Shown in pieces: positions 53,793 through 64,000 of a DNA stretch of 64,000 nucleotides. Below the pieces are notes generated by a model. That model saw only the letters and a program-made list of their open reading frames with translations. It was not told the origin of the DNA and ran no database searches. The position numbers were made by a program, and so were the translations under genes. Source of the DNA: Mobula hypostoma (taxonomy: Eukaryota); assembly GCF_963921235.1 (NCBI RefSeq), contig NC_086108.1, forward strand, positions 110,176,001-110,240,000, read 5' to 3'. Every line of letters starts with the position of its first letter. The first letter of the stretch is position 1.

Positions 53793-54021
53793 CAGTGGTC
53801 CCCAACCACCGGGCTGAGGACTGGTACTGGGCCATGAGGAAACGATATGATTTGGCGATATGAAACAATATGAGTCAGCTGCACCTTTCTTCATTCCCTG
53901 TCACGCACTGTTGAACTTGAACACCCCCCCCCCCCCCGCCCCCCGCCCCGGGTCGGCCAGTCCGCAAGAATATTGTCGATATTAAACTGGTCTGCGGTGC
54001 AAAAAAGGTTGGAAACCCCTA
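53793..54021. mobile_element. hAT/Charlie-type MITE
   Basis: CAGTGGTCCCCAACC...GGTTGGAAACCCCT; flanks GTCTAAGC and GTCTGAAG. Confidence 0.75.
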
Positions 54022-54961
54022 GTCTGAAGTAGTGGGGTAGGAGCTGTCCTTGAGCATGGTGGCCTGCACTTTCACAAGCATTGGCTTTTGTTAGCGTCTT
54101 CCTAATGGGAGACTGGGGGAATTGGCCTAAGGGTCCATATGACTTGGGTGTTCTCGAGACTGCAGGTCCTTACCAAGTTGTGAATGCCTGACCTGTAGAT
54201 ACAAATGAGTGTGGGAGTCTGGAGGAATGGCTGAGTTGCGAAGGCTGAAGTCATCTTCTACCTGGTGAGAATAGAGCATTTCTGTCTGCTTTTTTTCCTC
54301 CCATTCCTCCCCCCTGACCCTCCACTGTCTCTATAACTAGTCAGAGGCTAGGTGAAGTCATGGAAAGCTGAGAGTGCTGAACAGACTGGTAGCCATTCTC
54401 CCTATTTCTTGGTCTCATGTCACAGCTGTTTCTGTGATCCTCTCCCACACTGTTTTCAACTTTTGAGCAGTTTGTAATAGAAACAACTGTTGATAAATGG
54501 GAATTACCTGTACAGCAAAAATATTATGAGGCAAATGTGTGGTGGCCTTTAATGCAGGGGCTTTGATGTACAGAATGAAGAAAGTCCTGCTGGAGTTGAT
54601 ACAAAAGGCTGGAGGAGGAACTCAGCAGGCTAGGCAGCATCTATGGTGAGGAATAAACAGTTGACGTTCTGGGCCAAGTCCCCTGCTGGCATGGAGTTTG
54701 TGAGACCACATCTGGAGTACGCTGGGCAATTTTGGGCTCTGTATGCAAATATTTGATTTTCTGGTAGATGAAAGAAGAAAGCTATACATTTGATAAAAAG
54801 CACAAGCTTCTGAATTAGATTGAGCGGGTAGATATGTGCTGTGTGCCTTTGGTACTATGCTTTGCACCTTGGCCCGAGAGGAATATTGATTCATTTGGCT
54901 GTATTCATGTATGGTTCAATGACAGACTTGAACTTGAGATGCCAAGCTCTATTTTCTCAAC

Positions 54962-55345
54962 TAACACACAAATGCCGGAGGAGCACAATAGGTCAGGCAG
55001 CATCTGCTGAGGGAAATGGATAATCGACGTTTCAGGTCTAGCTCTTTTACCTGGTCCAATCCAAAATCTCACCTGTCATTTTCCTTTTACAGATGCTGCC
55101 TGACCTATGTTTATTCAGCATCTTGTGTGTTGTTCCGTATTTCAGTGTCTGCAGTCCCTTGTGTCAGTGTTACTCTTTTCCTCAACCTCGGCAGCTTGTA
55201 CACCTCCCCCTCACCCCACCACCTTATTCTGGCTTCTTGCCCCTAACTTTCCAATCCTGATGAAGGGTCTCGGCCTGAAATGTCAACTCTCTGTATAGAT
55301 GCTGCCTGACCTGCTGAGTTCCTCCAGGATTTTTTGCATGTGCTT
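54962..55345. mobile_element. Old inverted/tandem Penelope pLTR cluster; + strand hammerhead core at 55253-55288
   Basis: AATC CTGATGA AGGGTCTCGGCCT GAAA TG TC AACT; stem I decayed. Confidence 0.7.
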
Positions 55346-57854
55346 TGTACAAGACATAGCCTGAGAAATCATTCACTTAGGATGCAAAGGAGGAAAATAG
55401 TTGCACTGAGAGCGTTGTGATTACTTGAAAACAAAACAAAACCGCTGAGAGACTAGGCCAGGTTAATGGACAACATATGATACGCTTCCAAATAACGAAT
55501 TTCCAAATCGAAAAAAGTGCATTTAACATAATAAATAAACAAGTAAATCAATTACATATATTGAATAGATTATTAAAAAATGTGCAATGTAGGATTTACC
55601 AGGGCTCCGTTCTCATTTCCTTCATAAAGTAGTTTTCTTGTGGCACAGGGGTAATTGATCTGAATTGGAAGCTGCGCATGGAGTTTAGTCTGAAGACAAG
55701 TAGCCTGGGGTAAAGCCTGGAGTAATACTATTTCATTTACCTGCATTCATATATGGTTGAATGACAATTAAACTTGGACTTGAGGTGTCGTAAATACTTA
55801 ATGTCAAAAGATGCTTCCTGCAGGCATTTTGTTTTATTTTGCTCTTTATTGAAGTCTTGAAACTGGTAGCCCAGTTAATCACTTTATCCTTGGAAATTAA
55901 CTGCAGAAAACTCTCCTTAAATTGGAGCAAAAAACAAACTGGCAGAGGAACATCACAGCTCAAGCAGCATCTGTGGAGGCAGAAGGGGAGTTAAGGTTTT
56001 CTCTGTACAGTAATAGAACATGGAGTATAGCACAGACCCACAATCCTGTGCCAAATCAATTAAATTAATAATCAAATGGCCAACTAAACTAAGTTTTCTG
56101 CCTACACAATGTCTATATCCCTACATTTTCATCATATTCATGTGCCTATCTAAACGTCTCTTAAAAGTCTCTAATGAACCTGCCTCTACTACCACCCCCA
56201 GCAGCATATTCCAGGCACCCACCACTCTGTGTTCTTAAAAAAAAAACAAAAAGAAAAACAACTTGCTCCTCACATCTTTGAAATTTCCCCCTCGCACCTT
56301 CTTAAATGCATGCCCTCTGATATTAGACATTTTGACCCCAGGGGTTGGGGGGGGGGGAATGCTGTCTGTCTGCCCTATCTATGCCTCCCATAATCTTGTA
56401 AACCCCTCAGTCTCTGGCGCTCCAGACAAAACAACCCAAGTTTATCCAACCTCTCGTTATAACACATACCCTCCAATCCTGGCAGCATCCTGATAAACCT
56501 CTTCTGCGTGCTCTCCAAAGCCTGGCAATCTTCCTAAAATGGGGTGACCAGAACTGTACGCAGTACCTAGATGGGGCCTTAACTAGAGTTTTTTAAGCTG
56601 CAATCTTAAAATGCCCATAGGGGTGCTTTTGTTTTTGAAGATGGAGATATAGATGGATTGTTTGATTTCCCAAGTACTGCAGGTAGCTCATTAGGCATTT
56701 TATGAATCACTGCCTAGGCTCTGTAGCATTCTGAGTGTGTGTGGAAAGGATATTTCTTATGGTTGGAGTGTCTTACAGAGGACACAACCTCAAAACGGAG
56801 GGGCCTTTTAAAACGGAGATGAGAATTTCCAGACCAGAAGAATGAATCTATGGAATTCGTTGTCACAGGCAGCTGTGGAGGTAAGTCTTTATGTATATTT
56901 AAGGCAGAGATTGATAGATTTTTGATTTATCCAGGGCATGAAGGGATATTGAGGAAAGGCTGGAGATTGGGGCTGAGAGGGAAAATGGATATGCCATGAT
57001 GAAATGGCGGAGCAGACTGGATGGGCAAAATGGCTTAATTCTGCTGCTACATCTTATGGTCTTTGACGTTTAGTTCAAGGCCTAGCCCTTAGCTCCAGAC
57101 TTGTAGACATCAGAACTCTAACATCCAGTTTCTGGCCCAGACTATCAGACTCAAACATCGGGCATCTAACCATTGGTCCTTTGCCAACTTCCGGGTGTCA
57201 ACCCCGTGACTCTCCTATCATGTGTTTGACCTTCAGTCCTTGATGTTAGGACTTGTATGGAGCTCCAACCAAGGTGGCAGGAAGATGTTTTGGAAATCTT
57301 TGTATCTTTGTTTAGATAGAATAACCATGGAAGAACCATAAGTTGGGCATAGAATATAAGAGCTGTGAAGGTTATTTTGCAACTTTACAGATCTCTGATC
57401 AGGCTACACTTGGAATAGTGTGTGCGGTTCATAGAATAGTACAACACTGGAACAGGCCATTCGGCCCACAATGTTGTGCCAGACCGCCAAAAACAACCAA
57501 AAGCTAATCTCCACTATCTACACAATGTCCATATCCCTCCATCTGCCTCACATCCAGATGCTATCTAAACGTCTCTTAAAAGCCTCTATTTGCCTCTATC
57601 ACCATACCAGGAAGCACATTCAGGCATCCACCACTCTGTGTATGTATGTATAAATAAATAAATAACCCCTCAAATTCCCTTTGAACCTACCTCTCTCACC
57701 TTCAATGCATGGCCTCTGGAGTTAGAACTTTCTACCCTGGGTAAACAGATAATCCCTGTCTACTCTATCAATGCCTGTCATAATCTTTTAAGCCTCGATC
57801 AGATCTCGCCTCCGTCGCTCCAAAGAAATCAACCCAAGATTTCTCCCCCATCCA

Positions 57855-58400
57855 ACCTGCTTGCGCTAGAAAGTCCCATCTTATTTTAGGGAAGTTTAAA
57901 TCCCCCCCATGACAGCAACCCTATCATTTTTACTCATTTCCTTAATCTGTTCACATACAGTATCTGTTCCTCAATGTTCTGGTGGCTATTGGGGGGTCTG
58001 TAGTACTATCCCATCAGTGTGATTGCACCCTTCCTATTCCCAAGTTCCACCCAAATGGACCCAGTGTCTGAACGTCATGTCTTCTCTGAGTGCAGCTGCA
58101 GTATTGTCAGAAATTCTCAGCACCAAATCAAATGTGAACAATTTCTCCTTCATGAGCACGCAATTTTGTACCTTGTAACCCCCTTTTTGCGTAATCCATG
58201 CCCTGCTTGCGGAAGAATTCTGCCCCTCCTGCACCTCTTCTAAAGCATCTGCGTACCACTTCCATGGGACAGACAGAGCAAGGCCTCCCCTCCCCCAGGG
58301 CTGAAAATGGCAGGGTTTGGGGGATAGGGAATCCCAGTTGCTATTGGTGAGATGCTTCATGTGGATTCCAACCACCCAAAGACAAAAAGGGTCCCTGTGA
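57855..58400 (-). mobile_element. Old CR1 fragments (ORF1/endonuclease region)
   Basis: Minus strand VAVMGGFKLP (GDFN-like), YYRPPNSH and F.FRHW pieces. Confidence 0.55.
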
Positions 58401-58972
58401 CCAGGCGCATCTTGACGGTCCCCTATCAGAACTCAGCAGTTACCTGGACCCACCTACGAGACTTTGCATCCAGCAACCACTGGCTTCTTCAGCCCAGCAT
58501 TGGGGCTTGTCCTCCGACCCAGATCTGAGCTTGCAGACCCTTGGGTTGTAACGCAATGCAAAGGATGTGATGGTGCTGCAGGACGATTCACCTGTTTGCC
58601 TGGATTAAAGAAATTGCATTGAATGGGCATAGGTGGGGGGAGATATTGATTATGTTGTGCTTATTTACCCTGGAGTGAGACAGGCAGAGGAGTAACCTGA
58701 TTCCCAAATCTTAGCCTAATCAGGCTCCTGAATCAGCATTGGTAACTTCACTCACCACTACTCTAAGCTAGTTCTACGGCCTACAGACTCAGTTTCAAAG
58801 ACTCTTTACAATGCATTCTCAGTAATTTTTATTTGCACAGTTTGACCTATTTTGCACATTGTCAGTTTTCTTCTGTTCATAGATTTTTGTAAATTCTAGA
58901 ATTTATTTGCCTGTAAATGCAAGGAAATGAATGTTAAGATAGCAGGTATATACTTTCTTATAAATTTACTTT

Positions 58973-60251
58973 GAAGGAGGAAGAATTCAAGGTAACAAGA
59001 ACCAAAGAAGTGCTAGAGTATAGAGACTCAAATGACCCGAAGGTGGCTAGAGCAGGGATCCAAGTAAGTACTGGCAGGAAGTGGAGGGCAGAGGAAGCTG
59101 TTCCAGGAGGCAGAGGCGAGGCTGCGTCACAGGAGGCTGGTGGGAGCGGTCACACGAGGCTGAGCTGGGCTAGGATCCTTTCCAACTCCCCAAATGGACA
59201 CCAGAGGGAAGGAAAGGCGTCGTCTAGTTCAGGAGGAGGTCAGGGCAGTAGTGGAGGAGACGAGAGCCTGCAAAGCGGTGGGAATGAAGCAACAGGGAGC
59301 TTGGACAAGATGGGAGAATGCGGTTGAGAGAAAAGTGACCTGGGCTGATCTTTGGAAAGCCGAACCACACCGCATCCAATTTCTCATCCAGGCAGTGCTT
59401 CCAAGCCCATCAAACCTGCACACATGGGACAAGGCAGAGTCATCTACGTGCCCACTGTGCTCCAAGCGAGGAACCCTGGAGCACATCCTCAGCAGCTACG
59501 CAAGGGCACTTGGTGAGGGACAGTATAGGTGGAGGCATGATCAGGTCCGGAAGACCATCGCTGAAGCTGTCAGTGCAGGAGTTGAGTGGGCGAAGTGGTC
59601 CCGACCCTCCAAGCAGACCATTGCCTTTGTCAGAGCTGGGGAGCAGCCAATACCTGCCAAAAGAGCATCTGCAGGCATCCTGACCTCTGCAAGGGACTGG
59701 CAGTTGTTGCTGGACCTCGAAGGGCAGCTGAAGTTCCCCAACCATATCGCAGTCACCACCCTGTGACCAGACATTGTCCTAGTGTCTGAGTCTACTAAGC
59801 AAGTGGTGCTGCTGGAGCTGACAGTCCCATGGGAAGATAGCTTGGAAGAGGCCTTTGAAAGGAAGCTCTCCAAGTACGCAGGACTGGTCAGCAACTGTCA
59901 GCAGGCTGGATGGAGAGCGAGGTGTCTCCCAGTGGAGGTTGGTTGTAGGGGATTCGTAGCCTGTTCCTTAGTTAGAGGCTTCAGCATTTTGGGCATCGAG
60001 GGAGAGAGGAAGAGGAGAGCCATCCGCAGAACCACCGATGCGGCAGAGAGGGCCTCAAGATGGCTGTGGCTCAAAGGAGGGGAGTCATGGAGGCATAAGT
60101 AGCTAGCCACCTGGACACAAGCTGGGGTCTGATCAGCCTCGGCTGGGTCACCTGGAGGAGGTTGTATGATGTTGAAAGACCCAAAACACCTGATGATTCC
60201 AGGAACATCACTGAAGATGTGTCGAGAAGCATCAGTAGATGTATGTACACA
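58973..60251 (+). mobile_element. 5'-truncated R2-group (HERO-like) LINE: CCHC zinc knuckle + restriction-like endonuclease + 3' UTR
   Basis: CPLCSKRGTLEHILSS(Y), RWRHDQV, L*PDIVL (RPD with CGA to TGA), LLELTVPWE, ERKLSKY, PVEVGCRG; ORFs 59194-59766 and 59782-60102 are in the same frame. Confidence 0.9.
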
Positions 60252-61015
60252 GTGACAGCAGTATGTAAGATAGCCATGGCAGGGGTTTTGAAAACAAGTC
60301 CATATGTTTGTTTATTAACTGATACAGCACGTAATGGCTCTTTTGCCCAGCCCTTTAAGCCACGCCACTCTGTGCTGCCTGACAACCCCCACTTAAGCCT
60401 AACCTAATCATCGGATAATTTACAATGACTAATTAACCTACTAACCAGTTCATCTTTGGAGGAAACCAGAGCACCTGGAGAAAATCCACTCATTCCACGG
60501 GGAGGACGTAGAGATCTCTTACAGATGACATCAGAATTGAACTCTGAACTTAGCTTTGAGCTGCAGTAGTCTGAAACACACTACCAGAGATTTTTAGGAG
60601 GCTTTTTTACTGAAACTTAAATAATCAAGCCTTGAAGGATTGTGGGCAAATGGGATTAGTCTAGAAGGGTAGTAAGGCTGGCATCCACATGCAGGGCCGA
60701 AGGGCCTGTTTGTGTTCTATATGACTCTCTGATTGTGATAACCAAATGAGGTAGATTTAAGCAAATGAGAGGCAAGATTTTAATGTGGCTATTATCTTTC
60801 TATTGTGCTGCCAGAAATAGATGTAGAATAAAGGGATGTTGCAGGATATGATGGAAGTGGCAGGATAGTACTTTCAGTATATCGTGAAGCAAATGGCCCT
60901 CAGTACTGCATTTAAACGCAAACAACAGGAATTCTGCAGATGCTGGAAATTCAAGCAACATACATCAAAGTTGCTGGTGAACGCAGCAGGCCAAGCAGCA
61001 TCTATAGGAAGAGGC

Positions 61016-61057
61016 ACAGTCGACGTTTCAGGCCGAGACCCTTCGTCAGGACTAACT
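61016..61057 (-). ncRNA. Minimal hammerhead ribozyme, intact core
   Basis: Minus strand AGUUAGUC CUGACGA AGGGUCUCGGCCU GAAA CG UC GACUGU. Confidence 0.85.
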
Positions 61058-61096
61058 GAAGGAAGAGTGAGCAAATCTCTTACTCACTCTTCCTTC

Positions 61097-61138
61097 AGTT
61101 AGTCCTGACGAAGGGTCTCGGCCTGAAACGTCGACTGC
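61097..61138 (+). ncRNA. Minimal hammerhead ribozyme, intact core
   Basis: AGTTAGTC CTGACGA AGGGTCTCGGCCT GAAA CG TC GACTGC. Confidence 0.85.
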
Positions 61139-61356
61139 GCCTCTTCCTATAGATGCTGCTTGGCCTGCTGTGTTCACCAGCAACTTTGATGTATGTTGCT
61201 CAGTACTGCATTGTTCAATTTTACCATGGTGAGGTATAATATGCTGATTTTTGAGAATTGGTGCTCAGGATATCCATCGCATTCAGATGAAGAGATTAGT
61301 ATTTTATCTCCATCAGATTTGTATATTTGCAGTTCCAGTGAATATAATGTAATAAA

Positions 61357-62138
61357 CGCAAACACGAGGAATTCTGCAGATGCTGAAAATTCAAGCAACA
61401 CACATCAAAGTTGCTGGTGAACGCAGCAGGCCAGGCAGCACCTATAGGAAGAGGTACAGTCGACATTTCAGGCCGAGACCCTTTGTCAGGACCAACTGAA
61501 AGAAGAGCTAGTAAGAAATTTGAAAGTGGGAGGGGGAGGGGGAGATCCGAAATGATAGGAGAAGACGTGTGGGGGGTGGGGGAGATGGAGCCAAGAGCTG
61601 GAGCACGTCCCATTCCCATTCTGATATGTCTATCCATGGCCTCCTGTATTGTAAAGATGAAGCCACACTCAGGTTGGAGGAACGACACCTTACATTCCAT
61701 CTGGGTAGCCTCCAACCTGATGGCATGAACATTGACTTCTCAGACTTCCGCTAATGCCCCACCTCCCCCTCGTACCCCATCCGTTATTTATTTATATACA
61801 CATGTTCTTTCTCTCTCTCACCTTTTTCTCCCTCTGTCCCTCTCACTATACCCCTTGCCCATCCTCTCGGTTTTCCCCCCCTCCCCCTTTTCTTTCTCCC
61901 TGGGCCTCCTGTCCCATGATCCTCTCATATCCCTTTTGCCAATCAACTGTCCAGCTCTTGGCTCCATCCCTCCCCCTCCTGTCTTCTCCTATCATTTTGG
62001 ATCTCCCCTTCCCCCTCCCACTTTCAAATCTGTTACTATCTCTTCTTTCAGTTAGTCCTGACGAAGGGTCTCGGCCCGAAACATCGACTGTACCACTTCC
62101 TAGAGATGCTGCCTGGCCTGCTGCATTCAGCAACTTTG
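61357..62138. mobile_element. Penelope-like element, tail-out inverted duplication, with GIY-YIG C-terminus (~61604-61754, +)
   Basis: STSHSHSDMSIHGLLYCKDEATLRLEERHLTFHLGSLQPDGMNIDFSDFR*; TSD ATAATGTAATAAA at 61344-61356 and 62139-62151; the minus-strand hammerhead at 61456-61497 is mutated (CUGACAA). Confidence 0.92.
62050..62091 (+). ncRNA. Minimal hammerhead, core intact, helix III palindrome decayed (CG to CA)
   Basis: AGTTAGTC CTGACGA AGGGTCTCGGCCC GAAA CA TC GACTGT. Confidence 0.8.
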
Positions 62139-64000
62139 ATAATGTAATAAAGCTTGTTTTCAAGCCTTCAAGATCAGAATTAACTTGAAACCCTTGTGTA
62201 ATGGATGCCTTGAAGTGTTTACAATCTTTTTTGCTTGAGCATAGGAGCCTGTCTCTCAGAGGTACCATTGGAAGGTTAAATTAGTGTCCTCTGTTAAAGA
62301 TTCATAATGCTATTTTAAAGACCTGTGGAAGTGATGGATGTTGCGTCGATTTCAACATTTAAGAGAAATATGGAATAGTACATAGATGGAAGGGGTATGG
62401 AAGACTATGGTCCAAGTGCAGGTAGATGGAACTAGGCAGATTAAGAATTTGGCATGGACAAGATGGGCTAAAGGGCTTGTTTCTATGCTCCAGTGTTCTG
62501 TGACTCTGTAATGTAAATCTAGTTTTAGCAACATGAATCTAGAAGCAGGATTTCATTTCAATAAAAATCACATGCCATTACACACAGTAATCCTAAAAGT
62601 TATTATAGAAATTGTGGCAAGTAGCCAAGTCCAAGAATTTTCAGAAGATCTTGTGATATTTTCCTTTGTTTATTGAAAAAGGGAATGGCTGTAGGAAGGA
62701 TGGAACGCCCATCAGGAAGTGCTCTAGTTAATGAATAAACATGGTGACTGTGGTTAGGAAAGGCCACTGCCAATGGGAATGGAATATTTATGAATGGAAG
62801 ATCATTTTAGGCTCGGGACAAGAAAGAGCACTTGGGCTATTGGTCAGCTCTTTTGAAGGAATGATCTATTTATTTGTTTTATTTTTGAGATACAGTGCAG
62901 AATAGGCCCTTTCAGCCCTCCAAGACGTGGCGCCCATCAACCCTTGATTAACCCAAGCATAATTACGCGACAATTTACAATGACCTAACGGTATGTCTTT
63001 GGACTGTGGGAAGAAACTGGAGGACTACTCGGAGGAAACTCATGCATTTCACGGATAGGACGTACAGATTCCCTACAGGTGATATTGGATTGAACTCTGA
63101 ACTCTGCCAACCCGAGCTGTAATAACATCTCGCTAACCACTACGCTACCAAGATGAATGGAGTATTATCTTTCTGGGCTGTTTTGCTATGACTGGGGTAA
63201 AAACCATGCTTGGGAAACCATAGGCTATTGAAAATGAGATAGAGTATGTACCTCACAATTGTCACCAATGACAGAGTTGACTACTGACTTCCAGGTAGGT
63301 TATTCCAGTTATGTTGACTATGTTCCTTAATTCAGATTATTGGAACATTATCTGGGCATTGCTATATTGATGTTTGTAGGAGCTTGCCATGTACAAATAG
63401 AGTTAAGTATTTGCTGTGTATTCATAGTTAGAGAATGGTGGTTGTGAAGAACTTTGCAAGATCCTAATGTTGTGAATTGTCACATGTACAGGTTCCTTTT
63501 TATTATTCATCAACCTTTCTGTCTGCCCTTGATCTTGTATCCGGAATTTGTTGCTTTTATTAATTTTAATGCCAATCTACTACAGCCCATAGACTTGGCC
63601 AGAACAGCAGTAAAAAAAAAACAGCTGTCTTAGATGACATTTTTTGTGGCTGAAGAATAGGAAGGAAGATGTTATTACAGGCTTGGGTGTAATGTGGACA
63701 AAATTAGTTTTCTGAGAAATGTAAAGCTGTCAGACAGCTAAAGAACTGTAACTCCTTCAATTGTCCCTTTTGTTACCTGCAGAGTCAAATATTGTAGTGT
63801 TATACTTCCCAGCCCCTCATCTCCAACTTTAATGTAGTTCTGCTTAACCACATCTACCACATCCTCCCTAACTATACTGGCTTCCTAATTTAGAATTAGT
63901 ATCTGCTGCTGTCTTGGGCTCGCCATAACACTTAGAGCTTGATACTTTGCCTTTTCCTTGTTGAAATGACTTCATCCTTCTTCTACCCCCACCCCCCCAT

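Larger units (their letters stand above)
60913..61198. mobile_element. Palindromic Penelope-derived mini-element
   Basis: 118-bp arms 60954-61071 and 61083-61200 (2 mismatches), 11-nt loop; TSD CTCAGTACTGCATT at 60899-60912 and 61199-61212. Confidence 0.93.

Noticed and set aside
53924..53950. Poly-C tract as a regulatory G-quadruplex
   Set aside because: A simple homopolymer expansion inside a MITE.
58900..58990. 5' HDV-like ribozyme of an R2-group element
   Set aside because: The element is 5'-truncated after the RT domain, so no 5' UTR is present.
60954..61200. miRNA precursor, terminator or DNA-transposon MITE
   Set aside because: Both arms are Penelope pLTR sequence, the outer ends are asymmetric, and the TSD length does not fit hAT or Tc1.

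Overview
Eukaryotic, repeat-saturated, mostly non-coding DNA. The repeat families (CR1, Rex1/Babar, Penelope-like, tRNA-SINEs, Tc1/Tigger, hAT MITEs) suggest a cartilaginous fish, probably a ray; this is an inference. The window is most plausibly a long + strand intron or gene flank. I can assign no intact host gene, only weak candidate exons near 469 and 40571. Nearly all ORFs in the track are transposon debris or noise. The main system is a Penelope-like (GIY-YIG) retroelement family whose 3' repeat carries a minimal type-I hammerhead ribozyme (AGUC-CUGANGA-A-stem II-GAAA-CG-UC/GACU). More than a dozen intact or decayed copies occur, many as tail-out inverted (hairpin) insertions with 10-16 bp target-site duplications (TSDs). 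These include a 286-bp non-coding palindrome with a ribozyme on each strand. A second, more speculative signal is a set of hammerhead-like core strands in permuted order in the 3' UTR of a restriction-like-endonuclease (R2 group/HERO-like) LINE. Repeat boundaries were read by eye and are approximate unless a TSD is quoted.
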